Shown here piece after piece: positions 51,690 to 64,000 of a stretch of DNA of 64,000 nt (the first letter of the stretch is position 1; each line of letters begins with the position of its first letter). A program made the position numbers and the translations under genes. Under the pieces are notes generated by a model. The model was not told where the DNA came from. It did no database searches and saw only the letters and a list, made by a program, of their open reading frames with translations. The DNA comes from Octopus bimaculoides (lineage: Eukaryota). The stretch spans positions 7,002,245 to 7,066,244 of the forward strand of contig NC_068982.1 in assembly GCF_001194135.2 (NCBI RefSeq). The letters are read 5' to 3'.

Positions 51690-52170
51690 ATTCTACTCAA
51701 ATGAAAGCAACTTCTGCCAGGTCCAGTTGCACAACATCCAGAACAATAGGTAACATGACTACACACCATGTGATTTTCCACATATATTGAAAACCAAGTC
51801 TCCCCAAATTGCGATGGTGTGACACCATTGAGAGTCACACTGGTTACATATTTCAGGAAGGCCTTAGACTCAATTCTGATGTGAAGCTACTGGAGAATGT
51901 ATTGGAGATAGAATTGTTGCTCTATGAGTGACAGCAAATTGAGTTCCTTTGCCATCAGAAATTCTCAGAAGTGGTTTTAGCGTGTTTCTACGACTGCTCT
52001 TGCCCCAATATCTGACTTTTTAATTCCCTCGATCGTAATCCAAGGGATTACTATGCGTGGGTCATGATTAAGAAATACACCAACCGCTCTCCCTGAAACA
52101 GAAGCTCATGGAGTGTGTTCGAAGATCTTTCCAGGGACACAATGAAAAACGCGTACGCCAGGTTCCGTCT
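51690..52170 (+). pseudogene. maT/DD37D transposase remnant
   Basis: FYSNESNFCQ (from FFSDEKNF), TKSPQ..MV, FQEGLRLNSD and DRNPRDYYAW, with stops and frameshifts. Confidence 0.75.
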
Positions 52171-52340
52171 TAGGGTAGACAATTTAGAGAAATTTTCCTA
52201 CCGGTGGCCAGCATGCGTAATAAAGTCAATAGACAACATATTTTCATATAAAATAGCGTACACATAATTTACGTATTTATACACAAAAGATATAATGTAT
52301 AAGTATATAGCACCTGTATTTTCGGTGCTACATATATATA

Positions 52341-52605
52341 TGGCACGTGAAAAACATCATTCGAGCGTTGTCGTTGCCAGTGCCGCCGGACTGGCTCCCG
52401 TGCTGGTGGCACGTAAAAAGCACCCACTACACTCTCGGTGTGGTTGGCGTTAGAAAGGGCATCCAGCTGTAGAAACTTTGCTAGATCAGATTGGAAACTG
52501 GTGCAGCCTTCTGACTCGCCAATCCTCAGTCAAACCGTCCAACCCATACCAGAATCGAAAGCGGACGTTAGACGACAACGACGACGATGAGGATGATGAT
52601 GACAT
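52341..52605 (+). mobile_element. 3' part of another SINE/retroposon family with a (GAT)n-like tail
   Basis: tggcacgt(g/a)aaaa duplicated, ...tggttggcgttagaaagggcatccagctgtagaaac...cggacgttagacgac, then gatgatgatgac. Confidence 0.65.
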
Positions 52606-52616
52606 ATATATATGTG

Positions 52617-52655
<39 letters not shown>

Positions 52656-52819
52656 NNNNNNNNNNTTTTTCTACCAGCATCTATCTCACTATCCCTAAGT
52701 AATTGATACCTTACATCGCTTCTTACGTGAATAACTCTTAGATGCAACGAAATAGAAATAGTCTGAGAAATGTGTGGATCTAATGAGAGTATATCCTGAA
52801 ATGAAACCAACCCAAGGAG

Positions 52820-53005
52820 GCGAACCGGCAGAGGCGTTGCCGCACCGGGAGAAATGATTAATCGTATTTCTTCCAACTGAGTTCAAATGCTGCCGGGATC
52901 GACTTTGCCTTTCATCCTTTCGGGTTCCATAAAATAAGGACACTGAAGGTCGGTCTAATCAATCTACCCCTTCCCTCAAAACCAGTCGCCTTGTACCAAA
53001 ATCTG
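52820..53005 (+). mobile_element. SINE family B, degenerate
   Basis: gagttcaaatgctgccgggatcgactttgcctttcatcctttcggg. Confidence 0.65.
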
Positions 53006-54849
53006 AAACCAAGTCAACCTTGCATTTCTATCTGTGTGACATAAATGAAAAAAAAAAAGTCTTAGAATTTTTTTTTTTGATGTTTTAATAAAGTTCTTTT
53101 CTTTCTCTTTTGTTTTGATTTCTACAGCCCTACAAAGCCCTAACTGTTTTTCTCACCGTCTCCTATTCTCTTGGATTTATGTTCTTCCATCTTTAAGTGA
53201 AGATTCAATCTTTGAGCCTTATGTCTTCCTGAATGCTGTCTTTCACTATATTAGAATTGTATTACTATATCGTTATTGGAACTTAACTTTAAAGAAAGGA
53301 AATATTCACGTAATACAAAAATAATTTGTGCCCTGCAACGTCCATATTCATCTGTAATTCGCAGCAAATCAAAATGTTTTTTACATTTCGTTATTTCATG
53401 ACGTTCGACTTTTTTTATATAAAAGTTTTAAAATTATTTCACAATTTATTTAGTTCAGTGTTACAAATATCTAAAATTATTTCAGTAATTTTTCATTTAC
53501 CTGTCATATTTCACTATTTTGTAACTATCTGCGATTCTTACAGATATCTATACGCATTTTGCTATTGGTTTTATGTCTTTATTTCAATATTTTATTTTGT
53601 TTCCATGTTTTTGATAAATACTTCGGCAAAACATTACAGATGCGCGGTTATTTTGACGTAAGTTATTTTAATATATCCATATTTCTTTCACTCCTTATTA
53701 ATCTCTAAAAGTTTATTTCTATAAAACTTTACGTTGTCATTTTTCTTGGAAGCATTTATCAAACCTCGTAAAGAATAGGGCTACGTGTGTTCTGTATGTG
53801 GAAAATCTCGGGATCGGCACGGGGATAAGCAGGGAGTCTGTCAAGTTAGAATGAAAATATAACAATCAGTATTAATTACATCTAAATTGAAATTTTAAAC
53901 CCATGTAACAATTTCAAGACAATAAAATCTATATCTTTCAATATTGAGTCAAATATTTATAATTGATATGTAAATTCTGAGAGAAAATTATAAATATCCA
54001 TCATATGATAATTTTGGGCACTTGTTGTGGCTGCATTTAACTAACAGGTTGAGTAAAAAGTAAGCAACGTTTTGAACCATGAAGAACTTCTACCAGATTT
54101 TTGCAGTTTTGCATTTTTCTTTTAAACATTCTTCTGTAATTGTCTGATAATACAGACATAGTCTTACCCAATTGCATCAATTATGGAATCTCTGCTCAAC
54201 ACTAAATAGCCACTGCATGGACGCTTATGATCAACATTGACACTTCATGAAGAAAGTTCTGGAGTCGCTTGAGAACAGCTCGCTTCTGGATGAAAATTTG
54301 TAGCCGAAATGTAAGCAAGCTGACAAAGAAGGAGCCACATGAAATTGAAGAATAAATGGGTTGTGCGATACTATCGTCTCATCAGTTGCGAGATGTGCAA
54401 TAAATCCAGACAATGATATGCACGTATATCTATCGCTTAGTCATTAATTACTTATGAGAAATATATCTAATATCGATAGAAAGTTACGCGTTAGATTTAA
54501 AGCATGTTTTAGTTCCGGATACACCTTATCCAACAAGTTCTTTTACCATTTCACAATTGAAAATCTCAGATCGAGGACTTTCTCTGCTGGTTTCCAGAAG
54601 ATCAAAGGATCTATCGTTATATATCAATTGTCATCGCAACATCTGAGACATGTAGAAATACAGCTCGCATATTACGATGGATTTGGTAGGATTCGGGAAC
54701 ACCTCGTACCTTTTTATTGAATGCATGTTCAAAATTTCTGTTATCAAGGCCGAACCCAAGCATTCTTGTACGATAGTTGCAGCTGAGCTACCTGAAGGAG
54801 AAGACAGACTATGACCCATAGCAACACATAGCAAATGTAGTAGACAATC

Positions 54850-55152
54850 TGAGTGGGGGCGCAATGGCCCAGTGGTTAGGGCAGCGGACACTCGGTCGTA
54901 ACGATCACGGTTTCGATTCCCAGACCGGGCGTTGTGAGTGTTTATAGAGCCAAAACACTTAAAGGCTCCACGAGCCACCGGCAGGGAGTGATTGCGAACC
55001 CTGCTCTACTCTTTCACCACAATTTTCTCTCACTCTTAGGGGTAAACGTGTCTGTAGAGTGCTCAGCCATTTGCACGTTAATTTCACGAGCAGGCTGTTC
55101 CGTTGATCGGACCAACTGGAACACTTCTCGTTGCAACCGACGGAGTGCCACG
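54850..55152 (+). mobile_element. SINE family C with internal deletion
   Basis: The head gggcgcaatggcccagtggttagggcagcggac and the tail ...cgacggagtgcc align to 11081-11460. Confidence 0.85.
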
Positions 55153-55225
55153 AGACAAGCTGTAACTGTTGACTCTAAGAAAACATTTGGTCTTTGAAAA
55201 AATGCTCAAGTCTATTGTAAAAAAT

Positions 55226-55338
55226 GCCCGAGGCTATAGTAGAAGGCAGTTGCCCAAGGTGCCACGTAGTGGGACTGAACCCGGAACCATATGGTTGGTA
55301 AGCAAGCTACTTACCACACCTCCACTCTTGCGCCTATA
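55226..55338 (-). mobile_element. SINE family A, 5' portion
   Basis: cccgaggctatagtagaagg...gggactgaacccggaacca...cttgcgcctat. Confidence 0.85.
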
Positions 55339-55594
55339 TATCCACAAACCTTCCAAAATATGTTACATAAGGGACAATGCAATCCTTCATTAAAAAAATG
55401 GATTGGTCACAACAAGAACGACTTCCCTTATAGATTTCTTCGACCAGAGCTGATCTGAAGTTACACAAAGTTAACGGCTTATTTCTAAAAAAACTCTCAG
55501 CGAATAACCGATGGTCAGCAACATGCAAAAGCTAGATTTTATTGACACATTTAATTGTAATTTATTGCTTTATTATTATTATTATTATTATTAT

Positions 55595-55670
<76 letters not shown>

Positions 55671-55679
55671 GTGATGATG

Positions 55680-56330
55680 ATCCTTTCTACTGGAGGCACA
55701 AGGCCTCAAATTTGTAGGGAGGGGACTAGTCGATTACATCGACCCCAGTGTTACACTGGTACTTGATTTATCGACCCCGAAAGGATGAAATGCAATGTCG
55801 ACCTCGGCGGAATTTGAATTTAGAATGTGAAGACGGGAAAAATACCGCTAAGCATTTCGCCCAGCGTGTTAACGACTCTGCCAGCTCGCCGCCTTTCACA
55901 GTGATAACAATAATCCTTTCTACTATAGGCACAAGGCCTGAAATTTGGGGGGAGGGGCCAGTCGATTAGATCGCCCCTAGTATGCAACTGGTATTTCTCG
56001 ACCGCGAAAGAACAAAAGGCAAAGTCAGCGTTGGTGGAATTTGAACTGAAGACGTAAGGACGGACAGAATATTGCACGACACTCTAACGATTCTTATTTC
56101 TTTACTGCCCACAAGGGGCTACACACAGAGGGGACAAACAAGGACAGAGAAACGGATTAAGTCGATTATATCGACCCCAGTGCGTAACTGGTACTTATAT
56201 AATCGACCCTGAAAGGATGAAAGGCAAAGTCGACCTCGGCAGAATTTGAACTCAGAACGTAACGGCAGACGAAATACCGCTAAGCATTTCGCCCGGCTTA
56301 CTAACGATTCTGGCAGCTCACCGCCTTTCA
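55680..56330 (-). mobile_element. Three head-to-tail SINE family B copies
   Basis: Units at ~55680-55897, ~55915-56090 (5'-truncated) and ~56090-56330 (long-tail subfamily), between AAT/GAT microsatellites. Confidence 0.85.
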
Positions 56331-56334
56331 CAAC

Positions 56335-56414
<80 letters not shown>

Positions 56415-58627
56415 CAACAATCAAGTTATTCATTATAAGAGAGCTGTTCTCTCTGATGCAAATTAACATTGTTAAGAAAAGAAAAACCCGGATTTTCGCT
56501 AATTTAATCCATTACTCTAAAAGCCTATAATTTTTCCACAGTTTAGTATGCAATTTTAGCAGCAGCAGATTGTTTAAAGAGACCAGCTATGTCTTGGTTA
56601 ATTTTAAAAAGTGTTTACATTGATAGGGCAGAGATGCATATTTATTCAGTTAGTCGCACATACATAGGTATATGTATATATATGAAACGGGTATGAACAA
56701 ATTACATATAAAAGCTATCTTAAAATGTTTGAACATGTTTTAGAATGCTTGAGATGTTTTACAATGCTTGAACATTGTTATTATAAGGACCGGATATTCC
56801 AGGATTGAAAGATTAAAAGAATGTGATTAGCAAACACATTCACAAATTGTTCATTAAAAGCAAACGTGGTTCAAATTACGGTCTTTCGTTTATAATCGAC
56901 AATTATAGTCTGCACGTAGTAGTCATATGGCTATGTATATTAACCTACTAATATATTAGATATAATTGAGATTTTATAATGTTTCGATAATGGACTTGAT
57001 AAAACATTGGTGGTTTTACTAATGTGTTTATTTCTAGAGGGCTTTTTGTACGTTTCGTTTACATAGATTTTGGACGTTTCCTTTTAAATGTTTCAGAACA
57101 GTTTTCAATAAGAATGGTTGAAGAAGAATATTGAAAGCTAAAGGGAAATATATATAAAGCTAAGTATATGAAAATATCAGTAAAGTTATCATATAAGGGA
57201 AAATAAATGGAGAATATTTACCTGCGGAACCACAAACATTTCCTTTTCGATGGAAATCTATTTAATGGCTCGATCACTATAATAGAATTGACAAACTTTC
57301 TCATATAAATAATTTCATTCTTATTATACTACAGAGAAAGTTATTACAAATGAACTGAGATTGAGATGAAACATTCGTGTTGTGGTAGCAAAGTAGCTTT
57401 TAGAATCTTTGAATTGCCGTTTGATGAAATCAAAATTATTCATATTGAAGATAGATATGCGAAGTGAGGTATATATTTATCAATTGATCGATTTCTGATG
57501 TTATCAACTAGTGCCATGTGGAAGAAATTATATTAATCCGCTTCTTAAAAATAAGACATTGTAGTTGATAAACAATCAAAATTAATGTAGATATTAGCTA
57601 ATATGAATCTGGTATGTATGTTAAGATTAAGTTGTTTACTATGCAACTGCAGTAACTTTCGTAGTCACCCTAGAAACCTATTTCTTCATTGTATCTTCGA
57701 TTTCAAAACTAATATTTTACGCTATGTTAGAGTGTATATACAGTCGAGATTATAAAGATTACATGACAATCATATGCCTCTACGTTTTGAATAAGGGGAC
57801 AAATAAACATTTCTGTTTAGTTTTAAGTAAACTGGCATCAAAATAGTATGAACTTATGAATTTTTTAATGAATTTAAGATAATTACTTTTAAATTTATCT
57901 AACTATCAACCCAAGTTACTTAAATGACAGGTTATAGTTTTTAACGTTTTGCTCAGTTTCAGCTTTGCTTCATCCGGGATCCGTTGTAAGATATATAGTT
58001 TAATTCTCTCACGGCGAATATTAAGAACTTAAAATGTCATCTGAAACCATTGCTTTATGAGGAAATATTTAGTGATTTCAATTTTTTATTGTTGAGAAAC
58101 AGCGATATGTAAATGACATTCAATGTAATCGTATAACGTGACATTGCAAGTCCTCTATTATCAAAATTGAAATAAATTTAATTTAAAAAATAACGTAACA
58201 GTCCGATAAAATGATGAGATATTTTAATTCTAGGGAAGCATTATTCTTTTCAAACAAGAAAATAAAAATACTAAAATATTTGCAATTTATTTTGATGGTT
58301 ATATTTGAAAAGCGTCCTATTTATAGCCAGTGTCATAAGAGCGCCACTCTGAGAACAGATATGTCTTGTAATGACTTGAGAAAAGAAAAGAAATAATTGA
58401 TTATCTCATAATTATAGACTTTCAAGATGGTGGCAACTGCTGTTACTACAATATCCGTTTTGTGAAGCATACGTGGCATTTGACTAAAATAAAATTAATT
58501 CTATGCACAATTTGATAAGATTCAGTCAAATAAAATCTGAGCAATCTCAGATGCTTTTTCTGCTATTTTGGTTCTTGAGTTCGTGGGAGTAAACATGGTC
58601 GATTCGATCGTTCGGGATTGTTTCAAA

Positions 58628-58750
58628 TATTCCTTTCTATTGTAGGCAAATTGTCAGAAATTTTAAGGGAGGTGGATAGTCGATTACATCGGCTGCAATC
58701 CCCAACTGGTACTTATTTATCGACTGCGGCGGAATTTTGAACTCAAATTC
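58628..58750 (-). mobile_element. SINE family B, degenerate fragment
   Basis: cctttctattgtaggca...gtcgattacatcg...caactggtacttatttatcgac...gaattttgaactca. Confidence 0.65.
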
Positions 58751-58945
58751 GAAAACAGTTATCGGCCAGATGGTCAGACGCAATTCCGCGCCTTAACGAG
58801 AATATTGAACCACTATCTGGTGGCGCCTACGGCGAAAATGCCGCCGGGAATTGCCCCTCCTCAGCACCCATCTAACCCCTTATATACACGAACTTACACA
58901 CAAATAGAGAGAGACAGAGAGACATACAGACAGACAGACAGACAC

Positions 58946-59013
<68 letters not shown>

Positions 59014-59066
59014 TTCACTTTTGTAATTCCGCAATCCACCAGAAGCTCTCCATCGCTTAAATCCCC

Positions 59067-59435
59067 TGTTAAGGTTATCTCTACAGATATTTTATAGAAA
59101 CCATGGCCGGCACTGACTTTTGTTACGATGTTTCGTATCCGAGACGTAAGATGTAAAAAAAACAGACAATGAGACCGAAGATGTAAACTGAGTAATGGGT
59201 GTATATGCCATATTTCGGAATTTTTGTCCTTTCAATGTGTTCGTGGAGGATTAATCGGTTAAATGGGTGCTGATGAAGGGGCAAAACTCCCGAAATGTGG
59301 CATATACGCCCATGAACATTTTTCATCTTCGATCTCATTGCTTGTTTACATCTGGCGTCTCGGATACTAAACATCGTGACGGAAATCAGTGCTGTCTATA
59401 ACTTCTATAGAATATCTGTAGAGATAAACTTAACA
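59067..59435. repeat. Foldback element: ~165-bp imperfect inverted arms and ~40-nt spacer
   Basis: 59067-59234 aligns with the reverse complement of ~59272-59435 (roughly 80% identity by eye). Confidence 0.9.
59263..59313 (+). ncRNA. Minimal type I hammerhead ribozyme motif (Penelope/retrozyme-type)
   Basis: Stem I AUGGGUG/CGCCCAU (7 bp, one GU); core CUGAUGA plus an extra A; stem II GGGG/UCCC with a CAAAAC loop; GAAA; stem III AUGU/AUAU with a GGC loop; cleavage triplet AUA, with a predicted cut after 59306. Confidence 0.75.
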
Positions 59436-59499
59436 AGTAATGTAAAATCGCACTGCTAACACAGAAGAACCTGGTATTGACTTTTAAAAACGTTTTATA

Positions 59500-60358
59500 T
59501 ACTTTATACTATAATATGGTCGAATAACAAAATACTGCATCCCTACAAGTCATTAACCTTCACTTAAAATATCTTTCTCTCCTCTCCTTTCTACAGAAAC
59601 ATCTTCTTTGATGTTTTCTATTCCTATAACTCTTCATACCTCTTACACTCTTCCTGCACCTCTCAAGTTTTTATTCCAGCTTGTTCCATCCCATACTCAC
59701 ACTCCACACCCTCTTACATACATCCCAAACTTTCAAGAACTCTTTCCCACCACTAACGAACCCTAACCATCTTTGTACGTAACGGGTCATGCAAACACTG
59801 CCTCCTTATAACTGCTCAGCACAAAACCTTTACTACACTACTTCACCCTTTCGGAAGCTATGGAATTTCAAGCAATCCATCCGCTCGTAGCTCTGTCACG
59901 TGTTTTATGCCAGATATTGTACTTCACTTCTGACACTATAGAAGTAGCTAGACGGGTGCCTGAAATCGATATCTTTAGGCGTTTTTCTTTCATATCACCA
60001 TCTCAACAAACTACCAGTGTCCCAAGCCTCCAAAACATTTACTCGCAGTTGTTCTACATTGATTCAAACAAAAGACAAGTCCTCCTCTCCGCAAAATTCG
60101 GTAAAGTTACTCACCAGCGCAATTTCTGCAAGACCAGTATCCGGTTTGCAAATAATGGCCTCCCGCATCACACTGCCCTCAGGCTTTCTCACCTGCCAAA
60201 CAGCAGCCGATCCTTTTGTTCCTTATCCACGTGATTTACATCAAATCATCTTTTCTTCCTCTTCTGAATAATAATGGCCCCGTAAGAAGTATTCTTATAG
60301 AGAAAGCGTTCATCTTTGTAGCCCACTTTGCATCCAGCTCCACACAAGACACGCTTGG
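59500..60358 (-). pseudogene. Decayed LINE (RTE-like) endonuclease region
   Basis: Purine-rich minus strand with remnants like 'GPLYSEEEEK' (compare YAP...EEEK) and IW.K; all frames broken. Confidence 0.4.
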
Positions 60359-60373
60359 CCAAATCTCTACAAA

Positions 60374-60589
60374 TATTCTTTTCTACTCTAGGCACAAGGC
60401 CCGAAACTTTGGAGGAGGGGAATGTCGATTACATCGACCCAGTACGCAACTGGTACTTAATTTATCAACCCTGAAAGGATGAAAGGCAAAGTCGACCTCG
60501 CTGGAAGTTGAACTCAGAACGTAGAGACAGACGAAATACCGCTAAGTATTTTACCTGGCGTGCTAACGTTTCTACTAGCTCACCGCCCT
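60374..60589 (-). mobile_element. SINE family B with perfect 14-bp TSD
   Basis: caaatctctacaaa at 60360-60373 and 60590-60603. Confidence 0.92.
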
Positions 60590-61049
60590 CAAATCTCTAC
60601 AAAAGGAATATCCAAAGGAGAAAGTCTTTAAGTAATTTTGTTTATCTTGGTATTTAATACGTCATCATTTCTGTTATGCAAATCCATAACATTTCTGTTA
60701 TGGCTACATGCAGCTACTAGAGATATCAATTTAACCCATAATTTCTTTGTGGCGGACCTGAAGATCTATGTTTACTATGCCAAAAGACAGCTGGTTATGA
60801 CATTTTTCAGTTGCCATAGAAATGGTCACACGAAATGTTCATGTTTGACAGTTGAACGTAGTCAGTCAGTTTCCATAAGCCCAAAGTCTGTACATCACCG
60901 GTCTCACTATCTCTCTTGTGCCATAGAAAAAAAGAATGCATTAATAAAAATATATCGTATGATAGCACTATGAATAAAGGTAGAATTACCCGAGAATATT
61001 ACATAAGACTTAGCAAAATATGACAGTCGGTTCTCTCTTCCTACCAGAC

Positions 61050-62090
61050 TTTAACCAGCAACACATTCACAGTACCAGTGCCGATACCAACATTTGATAC
61101 CTTGATACTTGATTGACAGGCAGAGGAAATCCACTTCACAGACATTAAAACTCGCTGGATCTCGATATTAACTGGATACTTCCAACGAAACAATGACATT
61201 GACAGACTCTAACTAAGAAGAGATGAAAGAGGAAGAGGCTTCACAGCAGTGCAGACAGCTTCCGAACAACATGTAGTCTCTTTCGTACAAAACTTGCTAA
61301 ACAACAGCTACAAAAGTCATATAAACGAAGCGCTGAAAAGCGAAAATAACAATGTTCCACGTGTCGTAAGTATTCTGTTTCTGAGCACCTCCCACACAGC
61401 CAAACTATTCTACGTCGAAAAGGACTTGTCCTAGATATGAAACGAAAACAAATCATCATACATGGATATATTCACCGAAGACTTGAAGATGGTAAAGCCT
61501 TCCATAGGCTGTGACTGCTACATCAAATCACACTCCAAAAGCTATACATTTGCAGTCAAAGAGCAAGAAACTACTACAAAATATTTTATAAACAAAAGAG
61601 CTCCAAGATACAGCCAAAGATGTCGATTATGTCATATTTTTGTGGAAGACATCACACACGGGATCAGCAGCTGTCGAAAAATGTCATCGAGTTACTGCCT
61701 CCTAATGCGACAAAATATTATATAATGCCATCCGAAAAAAAGGGATTGCTCTGGGATAAATATAGAGAATCTCTGGTATTGAATAAATGCATAACCTTCA
61801 ACACAAAGAATATGGATGGAGCATTCGTATCAACATTCTATCAAGTGGAAATGACAAGCCGGATATCGTTATTTGGGGGAGACAAGAAAATGCTTGTACC
61901 GCCATAGAGGTAAATTGTCCTGCTGATGTGAATATCACTTCGAAAAGCAAAGAGAAACTAAATAATTCCGACACCTTCAGCTTTCATACCCAGATTATAA
62001 ATTCACATTAATATCTATGCACATTGGTACACTTGATTTGATTTTGTGACTAAATATCTAAGTGACATTCAGAAAACTTAGAAGAAAGAA
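61050..62090 (+). pseudogene. R4/Dong-clade LINE 3' region: CCHC knuckle and restriction-like endonuclease, pseudogenised
   Basis: DIDRL..RR.E.GRG; FAVKEQE..TKY..CRLCH...EDITH.ISSC; KPDIVIW....C.AIEV.CP.D.NI..K.KEK (PD..E/xK), across frameshifts. Confidence 0.85.
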
Positions 62091-62137
62091 AGCAACCAGC
62101 GAACGCACTCATTACATATACAATATAGAAGTGAAAA

Positions 62138-62351
62138 AAGGCGGTGAGCTGGCAGAAACGTTAGCACACCGGGCGAAATGCTTAGTGGGATTTCGTCTGT
62201 CTCTACGTTCTGAGTTCAAATTCCACCCAGGTCGACTATGCCTTTCATCCTTTCTGGGTCGATAAATTAAGTACCAGTTGCGTACTCGAGTCAATCTAAT
62301 TGACTGGCCCACTCCCCCAAAATTTCGGACCTTGTGCCTTCAGTAGAAAAG
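62138..62351 (+). mobile_element. SINE family B with TSD
   Basis: Full consensus; aatatagaagtg at 62122-62133 and 62352-62363. Confidence 0.9.
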
Positions 62352-62968
62352 AATATAGAAGTGGAAAAGTAAGAATATCCAAGAGTTTCTTGAGTTCAGC
62401 ACGTGACTTTCTTTCCCTTATCTTTTATCGTTAACTTGTTTCAGTCATTAGACTGCGGCCATGCTAGAGATAGTGGCCAAATCTTTGGATGGGAGATACG
62501 TTGAATGCACTCGAAAAAACTATTTCACACTGAGTTTACGAACGGGTCTTTTACGAAATATCTACAGTATTTATGAAGTCATTTTCACTTTAGAATACTT
62601 TTTAAATATGCACCCTACCACAATTTTTTGTAATTGTATCAATTGAAAATAATTTTAAAATATATGAAAACATTGTCTGTTTAAAGAAAGGTAAAATATA
62701 CATACTTACTGTACAAACAGCTTATATTTTTTAAAGTATTTGTAAATGATTAAAATATTGCGTTTAACAAAAACGAAAGTATAAATAGTAAAAAAAAATA
62801 AAACGATCTTTTCTTCGTTATCAAGTTTCTGTCTAGAAGCAAGAGTTTCTTCCTTTTCGGGATGAAGATTATTTTCGGAACATTTTCCCATTATGCACCG
62901 TTTTGGGCATTTACACCTTGAAAATCTCTAATATCTCGAAAGCGACTTTCGCGATTTATAAGTATATT

Positions 62969-63010
<42 letters not shown>

Positions 63011-63035
63011 CATATATGTATGCATGTATATATCT

Positions 63036-63790
63036 TTCAGGTTGCAGGGAGCAACTAATTCCTTCCGGTCTCTTCAGTCTCGTGTCTGGTCCCAGCATGG
63101 CATAGCAAGGCAACCAAAAGCTGCTGTGTACCGTGCATGTGTACTGACATCGTTCCTCTACTCATGTGAGACATGTACAACGTCAGGTAAGGGTCCTTGA
63201 ACGCTTTCATCAGAGATGTCTCAGATACATTCTCAATATTGGATGGACCTCAAAAATTCCAGACACACAGATCCTGAGGACAGCTGATATCTTGAGTATT
63301 GATGCAACGGTGCACAACCAACGGTTACGTTGGACTGGACACCTTTTTAGAATGAAGGATAGCAGGATTCCTAAGCAGATGCTCTATGGAGAACTTGTGA
63401 ATGGAAGGAGACGCCTGCAGAAACCAAGGCTGCGTTTTAAGGACTGTGTCAAGTCTTCATTAAAGGCCTGTGATATGCAAGACACTGACTGGGATAACAA
63501 TGCCTGTCATCGCCACAGATGGAGGAAGCAGGTTAAGGAGGGGATCGACACTTTAGAGAGAGCACGTATCCAGCATGAAGGACTTAAGCTAGCTGCGCGA
63601 AAGCGCACGGCTCGTATAGTGAATGGGGAAAGCTTGGTCTGCAATGTTTGCAGTCGTGTATGCTTGTCAAGAGCAGGGCTCATTAGCCACCGACGGAGCC
63701 GAAAATGCAAAATATAAGTTAGTCCTAGAGCGCACAATGTTCCCGAAGGTCGGCGATGCTCTTCTTCTGTCACGAGTGGACGGCCATCAT
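63036..63790 (+). mobile_element. 5'-truncated RTE-clade LINE 3' end (RT C-terminal domain, C2H2-type finger, 3'UTR)
   Basis: KAAVYRACVLTSFLYSCET, then a frameshift, then ERFHQRCLR.IL.I.W..K.P...RLRW.GH..RM...RIPKQ.LYGEL..GRR....PRLRFKD.VK...CNVCSRVCLSRAGLISHRR. The UTR ends ggacggccatcatc. Confidence 0.92.
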
Positions 63791-64000
63791 CCTGTATAAG
63801 ATAAAAACAATAAAGCTCCTCCCAGAGTCACATAGCTACATAGGGCTGGATTCCACGTTTCACTGTCACATATAGTCTGCTCCTGGAAGGGATGCCGGTG
63901 CGTCGCACGATTACTTATTTTGGCCAGCTGAATGAACTGGAGTAATGAGAAATCAAGTGTTTTGATCCAGAACACAACGCCTTGTTCTGTCCAGGAATCG
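63791..64000 (-). mobile_element. SINE with CORE-like domain (related to family D) but a different 3' tail; runs off the window end
   Basis: ttggccagctgaatgaactggagtaatgagaaatcaagtgttttgatccagaacacaacg aligns with 13980-14040. Confidence 0.65.

Noticed and set aside
53778-53860. YVCSVCGKS zinc-finger-like peptide
   Set aside because: An in-frame stop lies immediately upstream, there is no correctly spaced His pair, and the motif occurs only once.
54040-54850. Possible Tc1/mariner relic (caggttgagtaaaaagtaag TIR-like sequence; ATDET)
   Set aside because: No second TIR or coherent transposase motif series could be established by eye.
1-64000. Fanzor/TnpB, viral, Polinton or other intact multi-gene system
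   Set aside because: There is no long non-repetitive ORF and no RuvC, integrase or capsid motif in the ORF track.

Overview
This is AT-rich, microsatellite-dense animal DNA with nine assembly gaps. The repeat families (tRNA-headed SINEs, R4/Dong LINEs in TAA tracts, DD37D Tc1/mariner) look cephalopod-like, most likely Octopus; this is an inference made without a database search. I recognise no intact host protein-coding gene, rRNA, functional tRNA or CRISPR array. Almost all long ORFs in the track are microsatellite or N-run artefacts, or transposon remnants. The window is mainly decayed transposons: about 25 SINE copies or fragments from at least five families, five R4/Dong-clade pieces, RTE and CR1-like LINE remnants, a probable decayed Penelope-like element, and Tc1, mariner, maT (DD37D) and hAT-like DNA transposon relics. 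The most interesting signal is a complete minimal type I hammerhead ribozyme fold at 59263-59313, inside a ~370-bp foldback whose other arm is an antisense copy of most of the ribozyme. Other unexplained structures are a GC-rich core between 205-bp direct repeats (46.9-47.6 kb), a 62-bp near-perfect inverted repeat (35.4-36.0 kb), a direct-plus-inverted mosaic (32.7-33.65 kb) and a stack of Dong-type inserts in one TAA tract (48.4-50.4 kb). A few short segments with good splice signals may be exons of an unidentified host gene (low confidence).
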